64,000 bases of DNA from Candidatus Freyarchaeum deiterrae (GCA_037305845.1 CP147778.1:2240001-2304000); one strand, 5' to 3'. Shown: positions 1 through 11,924, numbered from the stretch's first letter. Notes: a model not told the origin generated them from the letters alone. Made by a program: numbers and translations.

Positions 1-1
1 G

Positions 2-1354
2 GTTAATCAGGCGCCAATCACCGGGGAATCAATGCCTGTGGAGAAAAATTTGGGAGACACGGTTTTCGCGGGAACCATAAATGAAGTAGGTGTAATTCAA
101 GTAAGAGTTGAAAAGACCGGCGGTGACACCACAATCGGAAGAATTATCAGTTTGGTAGAGGAGGCTCAGGAGGGTAAAGCTTCAATACAGAAGTTAGCCG
201 ATAGATTCACCTCCTACTTCACTCCAGTGTTGCTCGCTATCTCTCTCCTAACCTATTTCTTAACTAATTACAACTTAATAACAGCAGTTACGGTTCTAAT
301 AGTCGCATGCCCCTGCTCAGTAGCTCTGGCAACGCCACTAGCGGTGGTAGCAACAATTGGAAAATCTTCAAAAAGAGGCGCTTTAGTAAAGGGTGGAAAC
401 TACTTGGAAGCTCTGGGGCGTGTGAATACAATCGCAATGGATAAAACCGGAACTCTGACCATGAACAAACCCCAAGTTATGGACGTAAAGGGATTTGACG
501 GCCACAGTGACGAAGAAATAATTCGACTAGCGGCAATAGCCGAAAAACGGTCAGAGCACCCTATGGCAATCGCGATAATGAAGAAGGCTGAAAGATACGG
601 AATAGATGTCCCAATACCTGACAAGTCAGAAATTGTACGGGGCGAAGGTGTAATAGTTAACACGGACGGTCAGAGGATAATACTCGGAAACAGGGAGCTA
701 ATGAAAAACAATAGTGTAGAAATCTCCAGCGAAGTGACGAAATACATGAGGGAGAAAGAAGAAGAGGGTAAGACCGCGCTACTCATATCTCACGATAGCT
801 ATGTTTGTGGAGTGATAACTGTAGCAGACACCCCCCGAAAAAACGCCAAGGAAGCCATAGCTGAGCTGAAAAAACTCGGAATAAAAACAATAATGTTAAC
901 TGGCGACAACCCCCGAACCGCCAGAGCCATGGCTGACCAGCTTGGTATAGATGAAGTAATAGCGGAAATGCTTCCCGAAGAAAAGACCAACAAAATAAGA
1001 GAGCTTGAAGACTCTGGACAAAGAGTAGCCATGGTAGGTGACGGAATAAACGACGCCCCAGCACTAGCCCAAGCCACCGTAGGAATAGCAATGGGTGCAG
1101 CAGGAACCGCAGCCGCCATGGAAGCCGCCAACATAGTACTAATGGCTGATGAACTAACAAAAATCCCAGAGATTATACGCGCCGGTAAAAAAACAAATCG
1201 AACAATAAAACAGAACATAACCATAGGAATACTATTCAACATTGTAGGGGTCAGTTTAGCTGCGTTCGGTTTTCTAACACCATTCTTAGCGGCAGCCGCA
1301 CACTTCCTACCAGACTTGGTTGTGTCCCTCAACTCCTCCAAACTAATCATCTGA
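2..1354 (+). CDS. Heavy-metal-translocating P1B-type ATPase (5' end outside window)
   Basis: Open frame from nt 2 with TGES (VNQAPITGESMPV), TM CPC motif, DKTGT phosphorylation site, SEHP, MLTGDN and GDGINDAP. Confidence 0.95.
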   Translation, partial: VNQAPITGESMPVEKNLGDTVFAGTINEVGVIQVRVEKTGGDTTIGRIISLVEEAQEGKASIQKLADRFTSYFTPVLLAISLLTYFLTNYNLITAVTVLIVACPCSVALATPLAVVATIGKSSKRGALVKGGNYLEALGRVNTIAMDKTGTLTMNKPQVMDVKGFDGHSDEEIIRLAAIAEKRSEHPMAIAIMKKAERYGIDVPIPDKSEIVRGEGVIVNTDGQRIILGNRELMKNNSVEISSEVTKYMREKEEEGKTALLISHDSYVCGVITVADTPRKNAKEAIAELKKLGIKTIMLTGDNPRTARAMADQLGIDEVIAEMLPEEKTNKIRELEDSGQRVAMVGDGINDAPALAQATVGIAMGAAGTAAAMEAANIVLMADELTKIPEIIRAGKKTNRTIKQNITIGILFNIVGVSLAAFGFLTPFLAAAAHFLPDLVVSLNSSKLII

Positions 1355-1418
1355 AAGAAAATATCTTCATTACCTTTCTACATTAAAATTGAAAAATATT
1401 ATTAAGTTCTAAATCTAA

Positions 1419-1955
1419 ATGTTAAATATGTCGAGCTTCTATGATGCGCACTTCTGTTTATTAATATTTGCACAAGACCAGTGGAAGGAAAGCTACACGG
1501 AGAAAATATCAAAAAACACAAGAGACCTCTTTTACCAGTATACTGGACATTCTAATTGTGACGTATGTAATACCTGCCCAATATGCAGAGCCCTTGTTGA
1601 AATGTTTGATCCAATGAATCCTGATGAATATATTATTGTATGTGATTTATGCAAGGCATTATATAAAATGATGGAAGAGATAAAAGGTCAAACCGATGGA
1701 ATGATTCTTTTTTCACATAGCTTCCCTCTAGAAATTCAATCCGTTACATATCTAACAAAACTTTTATTGCAAAGCGATAAAATAAAAAAAATTTACATTT
1801 TGGAAGTAGTAACCGAAAAAAATACTCAAGTTTCTGAAGTTATTGAAAAAATCAAAAAGATTAGATTGAAAAAATCCGAATTTATTAAGTTATTAGATTC
1901 CAATGAATTTAAAGACAAAGTTCTATATGAGATTTCCAAAGATAGCTATTTCTAA
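1419..1955 (+). CDS. Hypothetical protein with Cys clusters (CDVC, CPIC, CDLC)
   Basis: 178-aa AT-rich ORF; no family recognised. Confidence 0.55.
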   Translation: MLNMSSFYDAHFCLLIFAQDQWKESYTEKISKNTRDLFYQYTGHSNCDVCNTCPICRALVEMFDPMNPDEYIIVCDLCKALYKMMEEIKGQTDGMILFSHSFPLEIQSVTYLTKLLLQSDKIKKIYILEVVTEKNTQVSEVIEKIKKIRLKKSEFIKLLDSNEFKDKVLYEISKDSYF

Positions 1956-2143
1956 TCAGATAGAATCCAAACTAAAAGAGTCGGAAAAGTCAAAAGAAGA
2001 AATACTGCCCTCCTAAACATACCAGTAATTCAAAGTACCAAATTTTCTGGAGATGCTGAAACCTAGCGGTGTATATCCACAAAAAATTTATGTACCCCAA
2101 AGGTTAATTTTCTAACCGTCTAAATAAAAAGGAAACAAGAAGT

Positions 2144-2267
2144 GGGCTGCTAGCTCAGAAGAACGGATACACATCCATCTGAGAAATTAGGTAGAGCGCC
2201 AGGCTCTTAATCTCTATAAGAAAGAGAGACTTGGTGGTCGTGGGTCCGATTCCCACGCAGCCCGCCA
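2144..2267 (+). tRNA. tRNA-Lys(CTT) with two introns (D-loop ~2159-2186; canonical 37/38 at 2210-2228) and encoded CCA
   Basis: Acceptor GGGCTGC/GCAGCCC+G+CCA, D stem GCTC/GAGC, anticodon stem CCAGG/CTTGG with CTT at 2206-2208, T stem GTGGG/CCCAC. Both insertions form BHB-like structures. Confidence 0.9.
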
Positions 2268-2333
2268 AACTTAATATTTCGCTCTAACACTTTGTCTTCT
2301 ACTTTTCCAATTTTTGAAGGAGTTTTGGTTTCG

Positions 2334-3404
2334 TTGAAGAGTCTAGTGCCTTGTCTGGTGGTTTCTAAGAAGAGAGGACAGGATGCTAAGCTCCTTCTTT
2401 CGGAATTGAATCTTTTGGATGACAGGATGCGCGTTTCGAGTGATTCTGAGAAGATTTTTTGGCCGTTGGTCAGAGAGGTTTCAGAGGACGAGCGGTTAGC
2501 ACTAGAAGGTAAATTGGGTGATTTTGAGTTACTGTATGCTGAAGTTGAGCCTAGGAGCGGGCGGTTGAGGAGTATTTTAGAAGAGTTGGAGGGGAAACTC
2601 TCTCCCAGCCAATTAGCTTTGCTTCCTCACTCCTATGACATAGTAGGAGATATTGCAGTTTTAGAAATTCCTCCGGAACTACATGACCAACAGTTTCTAG
2701 TGGGAGAAGCTGTCCTGCGGGTTCACAAGAATATAAAGGTAGTTTTGGCAAAGGCTGGAAAAGTTGATGGCATTACTCGAGTTCGCAGATTTACTTATCT
2801 AGCGGGTGAAAATAGGACAACCACCCTGCATAGGGAGAATGATTGTGTTTTTCGAGTGGATTTAGCTACAGTTTATTTCAGCCCGCGCCTAGTGACCGAG
2901 CATGCAAGAGTGGCTCGTCAGGTCTTATCCGGAGAGGTTGTTGTGGATCTTTTCGCAGGGGTTGGACCCTTTTCTATTCTGATCGCTAAGATGGCGGATG
3001 CGCGAGTGTATGCTATTGATGTCAATAAGGATGCTGTGGAGTTGCTGAAGCAGAATATTCAACTCAACAAGGTTGATAATAGGGTTTTCCCCATTTTGGG
3101 TGACGCGCGAAATGTTGTCGAGGAGGAGAAACTCCATTCTCAAGCGGATCGGGTTATAATGAATCTCCCGGGAGAGGCTGAAAATTTTATAGACGTTGCG
3201 TGTCGCGTAATAAAACCTGAGGGGGGCATAATTCACTACTACCAATTTTCACCCTCGCTGGATATCACAGAGGAAGCGGTTGAGGCTCTGTCGAAGGGTG
3301 TGGAAGCGAATTCAAGAAGAGTGGTTAAAATTCTTACACTTAGAAGAGTGCGCCCGAGCGCACCCCGCGAATGGCAGGTTGTTGTGGACGCCCAAATCAG
3401 ATGA
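2334..3404 (+). CDS. trm5: Trm5/Met10-like tRNA (guanine-37-N1) methyltransferase family
   Basis: SYDIVGDIA, VYFSPRL, VVDLFAGVGPF SAM motif, RVIMNLP. TTG start estimated. Confidence 0.88.
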   Translation: MKSLVPCLVVSKKRGQDAKLLLSELNLLDDRMRVSSDSEKIFWPLVREVSEDERLALEGKLGDFELLYAEVEPRSGRLRSILEELEGKLSPSQLALLPHSYDIVGDIAVLEIPPELHDQQFLVGEAVLRVHKNIKVVLAKAGKVDGITRVRRFTYLAGENRTTTLHRENDCVFRVDLATVYFSPRLVTEHARVARQVLSGEVVVDLFAGVGPFSILIAKMADARVYAIDVNKDAVELLKQNIQLNKVDNRVFPILGDARNVVEEEKLHSQADRVIMNLPGEAENFIDVACRVIKPEGGIIHYYQFSPSLDITEEAVEALSKGVEANSRRVVKILTLRRVRPSAPREWQVVVDAQIR

Positions 3405-3414
3405 AACCATTTTT

Positions 3415-3849
3415 TTAAAGTGATTCCACTGTCAGTATTACTTCAACTTCCTTTTCTGGATTCTTCAGCAGTTCGACCAGTTTTCTGTTTAAATCTATTG
3501 CTGCTTTGTCGGCTTTTACCATAATTGTTCTGTCACTGTAATAACTGCTCCTCCTCGCCACCAGGTCATGGGGATGGCTGAAAGTCAAGCGTGGGCTTCC
3601 GAAGCCTCTGATGATTTCAGTTTGTTCGTCGACTTTTATAATCATGGTAATCTTCGAGTTTTCTTTTCTAGCAAGCTCCTTGAATGGCTCGCTGAGTTGG
3701 TAGGCTCCTTTATTAGAACCAACAGCTATTACACAATCCCCTCTAGTCGTCAAATCCTCTTCTGTTGTTATTTCAAGCGTTGTCCGGTGCTTAGAAGAAA
3801 TGTTTGGATGCCCACGGGCATAAAGTGTTTCCGTTACTTTTTCGTTCAA
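3415..3849 (-). CDS. DUF371 family protein
   Basis: ARGHPNI..KHRTTLEIT.E..LT.RGDCVIAV and RRSSY.SDRT motifs. Start moved to TTG at 3849 because the longer ORF overlaps pcm. Confidence 0.85.
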   Translation of the reverse strand: MNEKVTETLYARGHPNISSKHRTTLEITTEEDLTTRGDCVIAVGSNKGAYQLSEPFKELARKENSKITMIIKVDEQTEIIRGFGSPRLTFSHPHDLVARRSSYYSDRTIMVKADKAAIDLNRKLVELLKNPEKEVEVILTVESL

Positions 3850-3934
3850 ACCGTTTACACCGATACTTATTTTTGGCGATTTGCACTTAAAAGTTAGCAG
3901 AGGACACACTAAAAAATTTAGCGAGTGAAAATCC

Positions 3935-4656
3935 TTGGCAAAAGATAATTTTTTGACAGAAAAGAAAAAACTTTTAGAGAACCTGAAGCGCACCGGCTTT
4001 GTTACCAGAGAAAACGTAATGCAAGCGTTCCTCAGAGTTCCCCGAGAAGAATTCGTGCCAGAGAACCTCAGAGACAAAGCTTACGTTGACCACCCCCTAC
4101 CAATTCCAGGCGGTCAAACAATATCTGCGCCACGCGAAAAAGCATATCCCTGCTTTTCGGGCGAAACATGTGCGTTCTAATGTGCGACGTACTAGAATTG
4201 GAAAAGGGCATGAAAGTACTAGAAGTAGGCGGAGGTTCAGGTTATCACGCAGCGCTATGCGCTGAGATAATAGCACCCACAGGTTCCAAAAGCGAGGGCC
4301 ATGTCTACACCATAGAACGAATACCCGCGCTAGTCGATTTTGCCAACGAAAATCTGAAAAAAACTGGATACATTGACAGAGTAACCATCTACACAGGAGA
4401 CGGCTCGGAGGGATTCCCCGATATGGCTCCCTATGACGCCATACTTGTGACAGCTGCAGCGCCCAAGGTGCCCCAACCACTCATTGACCAATTAGCCGTG
4501 GGAGGAAAATTAGCCATTCCTCTCGGGAGCCTTTTCATGTATCAGGAATTGATAGTAGTTGAAAAATTAGAGGGCGGTCAGACGAAGAGGCACAGGTTCG
4601 GTGGTGTGGCCTTCGTTCCGCTATTGGGTCGTTGGGGGTATCGTAATAGTTGGTAA
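3935..4656 (+). CDS. pcm: Protein-L-isoaspartate O-methyltransferase, spliced: join(3935..4133,4166..4656), 229 aa
   Basis: The N-half (VPREEFVP..AYVDHPLPI..GQTISAP) and C-half (VLEVGGGSGYHAA, GDGSEG, APYDAILVTAA, FVPL) are in different frames. Removing 4134-4165 yields GQTISAPHM. Confidence 0.92.
4134..4165 (+). other. 32-nt BHB intron in pcm mRNA
   Basis: Central helix CGCC(4128-31)/GGCG(4160-63), bulges AC|G and AA|A, intron stem CGAAAAAGCA/TGCTTTTCG, exon pairs TG/CA. Confidence 0.88.
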
Positions 4657-4760
4657 GGTTTTTTGAGGTTCGTAAATGTAATTTATGCTGACCTGCGGAT
4701 ACGGTTATTGAGGATTCTAGTTTCGATTCTTTCTTCAATGTTTATTGATTCTAGTAGATA

Positions 4761-5789
4761 CTATGATTTGAAGAATTGTTCTAGGCGTGATTGGGCTTTT
4801 GTTCTGTCTTCTTCTCGTATGCGTTCCATCGCGTTTTGAACTCGGTCTCTGGAGAAGTCGTGGTCGTCGCAGAGTATTGAATACACTTGATTTCTGTCGA
4901 TGGGTTCCCATCTTATTTTGTAATTGTCAGTTGTTTTGGGTTTTAGGAATAGTTGTTTTATTTCTTCTACTGGGGGTTCTATTTCTAGTTTTCCTTCTTC
5001 TACCACCCTTTCGATGCTTTGTTTTTCCTTTATGAGTCTTATTGCGGTTTTCACTCCTATTCCCTTTACTCCTTCATTGTAATCGGTGCCCAGTAGGATG
5101 CCTATTCCTATAAGTTGTTCACGGGATATGCCGAGGTTCTCTAGATTCTCATCCAGCGATACTAGTTCGGGCTCTACTTTCACATAGGCGTCTTTTTTGG
5201 GTATTTTTCTTCTTCCTGATATTGTGAGATTTCGCACGAGGTTGGGCGAATTAAAAAGTAAAGAATCGTAGTCCTGGCTGGCGACCCCCCACGCGTCTCC
5301 ACGGCGTGCCATGTAGGAGGCTTGAGCTTCTCCCTCTGAAGGAGCCTGAACGTGTGGTACACCCATGGCTGCTAAGAGTCTCTTGCTCTCCTCAACCATT
5401 TCATCAGTTAATCTCGTGGAGGACTGGGCAAATTTTCTCGCTTCCTCCATATCTCCTTTCTCTAATGCTTCTTCCCACTTTTTGGAGGCTTCATTCCTAA
5501 TCTTTCTCCGCTCCTCAACAGTACCAGATTTCAGCTCAGGCGGCTCACCATCAAATACGTAAACCGGTTTTATCCCAGCTTCCAGTAAGTTAATCGTTCT
5601 GTAAAAAACACCACTGAGGTGAGAAGTTATATCACCCTTCCTGTCCATGAGGCTGGTGCCATCAGGCTGCCTAATTATAGACAAAAACTGGTAAAGTGTA
5701 TTCATAGCATCCACAGCAATTACGCGTCCCGAAAGATCCTTCAAACCTACCTGCTGAAAAGAAAGCAAATCCCTCAGATTCACTCCCAT
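4761..5789 (-). CDS. fen: Flap endonuclease 1
   Basis: MGVNL, DAMNTLYQFL, VFDG, APSEGEAQA, SQDYD, GTDYN and C-terminal PIP box QSRLEQFF. Confidence 0.97.
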   Translation of the reverse strand: MGVNLRDLLSFQQVGLKDLSGRVIAVDAMNTLYQFLSIIRQPDGTSLMDRKGDITSHLSGVFYRTINLLEAGIKPVYVFDGEPPELKSGTVEERRKIRNEASKKWEEALEKGDMEEARKFAQSSTRLTDEMVEESKRLLAAMGVPHVQAPSEGEAQASYMARRGDAWGVASQDYDSLLFNSPNLVRNLTISGRRKIPKKDAYVKVEPELVSLDENLENLGISREQLIGIGILLGTDYNEGVKGIGVKTAIRLIKEKQSIERVVEEGKLEIEPPVEEIKQLFLKPKTTDNYKIRWEPIDRNQVYSILCDDHDFSRDRVQNAMERIREEDRTKAQSRLEQFFKS

Positions 5790-5991
5790 AACCAAGCACC
5801 CAAACCAAACTCAATCCGTTCTCGAGAACAAAATAAACTTTAATAAATATACTTTCAGTTTTCATACTTAATCTTTATTCTCAAAATCAAAACATTTTAC
5901 AAAAAAATGGAAACTTAGTATAATTTAATTAAAAAATTAGAAAAAGTTGGAATCATTCCTGCTTGAATTAATTCCTTGGAAAGTTACTGTT

Positions 5992-6255
5992 CTAATCTTC
6001 TCCAATCGCGAGAAACTCTTGTCCAGGTCTGATTAGTTCAATTCTCCTCTTGGTTTTTGTTATTCTGGAAACATGGATAAGTCCCTCAATCTCAAGAGCC
6101 ATTAAAACCTCGTTGAGCTCCGATTCAGAAATCGTCATACCATCGTTGTCCAGACTAGTATTTAACTCATCATCCAAAACTATTCCCTGGCGCTTCATCA
6201 GAATATTAACTACCATATTCTTCAAAGGCGTTGTGTTCCACAGACTGTTACGCAA
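5992..6255 (-). CDS. Small winged-helix protein (conserved archaeal type)
   Basis: SELNEVLMALEIEGLIHV helix-wing pattern; GGAGG SD before the TTG start. Confidence 0.7.
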   Translation of the reverse strand: MRNSLWNTTPLKNMVVNILMKRQGIVLDDELNTSLDNDGMTISESELNEVLMALEIEGLIHVSRITKTKRRIELIRPGQEFLAIGED

Positions 6256-6358
6256 AAAGAATCCTCCTGAAAACTAATCACTGACTTGTTTAAATCGGTT
6301 ATAAAAAATTACATGTTAAATAAAACAGCTTGCACATTAAAACCTTTCTACACATAAT

Positions 6359-6429
6359 ACACTTCAATTTTGAGAATCTACCAGAGACCATGATGCCCAA
6401 AGGCGTTAGACACTCAAATTTTGAGAATC
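6359..6429. repeat. Two ~20-bp imperfect direct repeats with a palindromic core (CTCAAATTTTGAG), possible operator
   Basis: ACACTTCAATTTTGAGAATC (6359-6378) and ACACTCAAATTTTGAGAATC (6410-6429). Confidence 0.45.
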
Positions 6430-6540
6430 CTCAACCCATTTTTATCAAAAATAGCACTTGATATCGAAAGAATCTGTGATAACTATACTATACCTTAAAC
6501 TCCCAAAAGAATAATTTAAAAACGGCTTACAATGGATTAG

Positions 6541-6741
6541 CAAGAAAGCTCCAGTCCCTTTAGGGCGGGGATGAATTGCGGGGAGTTTAAATATCCAAAA
6601 AAGAGGAAAGAAAATAATAGGGCTTGCTCACCCGAAGAAGGTGCGGAAGCCGTTAACAGGGCGGTGACACGCCCCACACTTCTAACAACAATAACATAGA
6701 AGTGTAGAACCCCCAACCTTTCAAGGAGAGGAGTATGTCAG
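6541..6741 (+). mobile_element. Non-autonomous IS200/IS605-type mini-element (left end + omegaRNA-like right end, no ORF)
   Basis: TTAG followed by CAAGAAAGCTCCAGTCCCTTTAGGGCGGGGATGAATTG (LE-like hairpin); internal GGGGCG-GTGACA-CGCCCC hairpin; RE-like GAACCCCCAACCTTTCAAGGAGAGGAGTATGTCAG. Confidence 0.65.
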
Positions 6742-6781
6742 ATCAACACACAACAAAAAATGGAAAAAATAGGATGATTCC

Positions 6782-9055
<2,274 letters not shown>

Positions 9056-9289
9056 TTATTAGGTTTAAAAATATTGCTTTATTAACATGCATATTACTAA
9101 TAATTTTTTCTCTTAATGCTCTATGCATGCTTTCTTTGCTTTACTTATCTTTAATTGTTAATCACTTTTTGAAACAGCAGTGTCTAAATTAAAATAGTGA
9201 AAAGGAGTATATAAATCTAAATTAGAATTATTAATAAGCTTTCAATGACGTCGAATTCAATCCGTTAGGAGATTTATTGTAGGTTTTTC

Positions 9290-9976
9290 TTATTTTGCCC
9301 CGCCGGTTTTCTGCCACATGGGTTTCTCACTTATGTGTAGTGTTGTTTGGGGTTTAACAATAACTATTCCTTCGGGGGTTGTCTTCACTACTCCAAAGAG
9401 GATGACTCTACTTAAAACTCTGATACGAACTACGTCCCCCTGTGTTACAGGGTATCCTACCAGTTTTCTTTTTACGAAGCGTTCGAAGCGTTCTTCTACA
9501 GGGAACCTTACGCTGACAGGAGCTAAGATGACCGATTCGGCTTGTTTTTCGCTGGCTTTCTTAATTACCACCTTATCCCCTAGGCTTACGTTAGCGTTGT
9601 GCCTCAGGTATTCGTCCATCCGGACTAGTCCCTTGTCTTTGTCTTCAGGGTAGGCTGGCCAAGCAATGGCGGATGTAGCCTTTTCACCCTTTATTTCAAC
9701 GACGTCATCTTTTTGGACGCCTAGTTTTTCCATTGCGGCGTTATCTACTCGTACTATGAATCTTCCGGCGTCGCGCTTCTGCGCTTCTTCTACACGCAGT
9801 TCGATAATAGTCTCTTTCCCCTTCTCAAAAAATGCTTCTTCCGAAGAGATGCTTTCGTCATATACGTAATTTGGGTCAATCGGCTTGCCGCAATGTGGAC
9901 AGAATACGGCACCACTTGGAACTTGGGTGCCACAGTAAGAGCACCACCCCTTTTTGGAAATATTTCTTCCACTCAT
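9290..9976 (-). CDS. Zinc-ribbon (CSYC..CPHC) fused to a CDC48 N-domain copy; no ATPase domain
   Basis: Nt 9320-9805 is a colinear 486-bp paralog of cdc48 nt 8468-8953; intact ORF with its own ATG. Confidence 0.85.
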   Translation of the reverse strand: MSGRNISKKGWCSYCGTQVPSGAVFCPHCGKPIDPNYVYDESISSEEAFFEKGKETIIELRVEEAQKRDAGRFIVRVDNAAMEKLGVQKDDVVEIKGEKATSAIAWPAYPEDKDKGLVRMDEYLRHNANVSLGDKVVIKKASEKQAESVILAPVSVRFPVEERFERFVKRKLVGYPVTQGDVVRIRVLSRVILFGVVKTTPEGIVIVKPQTTLHISEKPMWQKTGGAK

Positions 9977-10106
9977 CTTATAACCCTCTACTACAAGTAG
10001 TACCCCCTTCTTTTAATTATTCTTTTTAATAAATGCAAAAACGCCGAATCCAATCCGTCAGGTAATTTGGTGGTGGGGGAGTTTCTTATCTTGTCTTGGA
10101 TTATAT

Positions 10107-10373
10107 CTATACTCGTCTGACCATTTCCATTTCTATGTTGCTTACTCCTTCTATTCCTGAGATTGCTTCTTCAATGTAATCTGTTCCTCCCTCGGCTTCG
10201 GGAACCAGTACATTGAGTCTTAAAGCCTTTAGGCCGAATGCTATTGGGACCTCTTCTGAGCTGGCTATCTTTGATCCCTTCGGGAGTTTCCTCTCTATTG
10301 CGGCCTTTAATTCATTTAAATCAACTTCCGTTGATTCCGGATATATTTTCACGGTTGCTACAACTTTTGCCAA
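10107..10373 (-). CDS. ef1b: Translation elongation factor aEF-1beta
   Basis: KIYPES.EVDL, EEVPIAFGLKAL and GGTD motifs. Confidence 0.93.
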   Translation of the reverse strand: MAKVVATVKIYPESTEVDLNELKAAIERKLPKGSKIASSEEVPIAFGLKALRLNVLVPEAEGGTDYIEEAISGIEGVSNIEMEMVRRV

Positions 10374-10396
10374 ATTCTGCACCTCTTAAACAATTT

Positions 10397-10573
10397 TTAG
10401 GGGCCTTCAAAATTGCATACGGGACATTTGTACATGTTTGAAAATTCTCTGCACCTCTGACAACGCCAGATCATGTGTTTGTTGCAACTCGGGCAGGAAA
10501 ATCTCACTGCACCTTTTTCGGGCGACACTACTTTGCCACAGCTTGCGCACAGTTGCGGTTTGATTTCAGTCAT
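10397..10573 (-). CDS. Small Zn-ribbon protein (DUF1610/HVO_2753-like), 58 aa, missed by the ORF track
   Basis: MTEIKPQLCASCGK...FSCPSC...IWRCQRCR...YKCPVCNFEGP; usual position upstream of EF-1beta. Confidence 0.9.
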   Translation of the reverse strand: MTEIKPQLCASCGKVVSPEKGAVRFSCPSCNKHMIWRCQRCREFSNMYKCPVCNFEGP

Positions 10574-10697
10574 GTTAGTTATCCTCCATCGCTAAATTTT
10601 TCGCTGCTCCACTTAAGATTTGGAAAGCTTTTAAATATTTGTTATTTCTGATTTAATAAATCTTCTATTTTTGCGTAATCTTGAACCATTTTTATTT

Positions 10698-11924
10698 TTA
10701 TTTTTTGGGTTCTTCTTTTTTTCCTATTATGAATGTTTCCAACAAGTTGAGGAGAACGCTGGCGGAAAGTTTGGGTTTAAAAACTAGTTTCTTAATCACC
10801 CCTGACTCAAAGTCCATGTCTCCTACTTCCTCTATGACTTCAGGAAAATCGTTTTTAATAATGGTTTTAAAAAGTTTATCCAGATTCCTATCGCTCATTC
10901 TGTTTAGAAGTCGTCTTGCCAGGCGCATTAAGTAAAATTCTCTGGAGAGTAATCTTCTCCATTCTTTTTGATAAGCACTCAGTCTTCCACTATTTACGTT
11001 TCCTTCAATAACAGCCTCTGCAGCAACTTCGCCAGCAACTTGAGCACACAGCCCACCCATTACCACACCTCCACCTGTTGTCGGTTTTACTTGACCAGCA
11101 GCGTCACCTACCACTAGAAAGCCATCGCTGTAAGTCTTTGGAATCGGCCCGCTTAGGATAATGCTACCTCCAAATTGTTTTATGGGCACCGCATCTGAGA
11201 GTCTTTTGGAAGCGATGGGATGGTTTTTAATAAATTCTCTTAGATACCTCAGGGCATGGTGATGCGCACCAACACCTATCCTTGCAGTATTCTCTCCCGT
11301 AGGAATTATCCAAGCAAAAAATCCAGGAGCCAGTTTGTTTCCGAAGAACATTTCCACTTGGTCTGGGTTAATCTGTGCATTATTCACTTCAATTTGAACT
11401 CCGGGTATAACTCCTCCTGAAACGGGGATTAATCCCATCTCTCGAACAAATTTTCCTCTTACTCCCTCTGCGTCGATAATGACCTGAGCATCGAAAAATG
11501 ATTCTTTTCCATGAAAAACCTTCAGCGTTTTCTTTTCACCACTTTTTAGAGATACGACTTTCGATTTGGGAAATAATGTCACATTTCCCTTTTGTGCCTC
11601 AGAGGCGAAGTACTGGTCAAGTCGGGGGCGGTCAATAACGTAGGCTTGAGGTTTCTTGCGCGAAACACTAAAAAAAGCACCAGAAGGAGAATAGAACGTA
11701 GCCCCCTTAACCCTATTCAGAATACAATCTGCGGGAACATTTACATTCAGTCTTCTTAATCCGGATACGCTTATCAGGCCCGCACAGTGTTGGGGCAACC
11801 CAACAGAGGGATGTTCCTCAAATAAAGCAATACTAACTCCCTTTCTAGCAGCGTTTCTGGCAGCTATAGCCCCGGAGGGCCCACAACCAATGACCGCAAT
11901 ATCAAAATCTTTCCTTTCAGAAAT
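10698..11924 (-). CDS. Geranylgeranyl reductase family flavoprotein
   Basis: The frame extends upstream of the called ORF through the FAD motif DIAVIGCGPSG; GDAAGQVKPTTGGG present. The only plausible start is ATT at 11924. Confidence 0.88.
   Translation of the reverse strand: MSERKDFDIAVIGCGPSGAIAARNAARKGVSIALFEEHPSVGLPQHCAGLISVSGLRRLNVNVPADCILNRVKGATFYSPSGAFFSVSRKKPQAYVIDRPRLDQYFASEAQKGNVTLFPKSKVVSLKSGEKKTLKVFHGKESFFDAQVIIDAEGVRGKFVREMGLIPVSGGVIPGVQIEVNNAQINPDQVEMFFGNKLAPGFFAWIIPTGENTARIGVGAHHHALRYLREFIKNHPIASKRLSDAVPIKQFGGSIILSGPIPKTYSDGFLVVGDAAGQVKPTTGGGVVMGGLCAQVAGEVAAEAVIEGNVNSGRLSAYQKEWRRLLSREFYLMRLARRLLNRMSDRNLDKLFKTIIKNDFPEVIEEVGDMDFESGVIKKLVFKPKLSASVLLNLLETFIIGKKEEPKK

Noticed and set aside
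3850-4077. N-terminal extension of the DUF371 ORF
   Set aside because: It overlaps pcm on the opposite strand, and homology begins only at about 3849.
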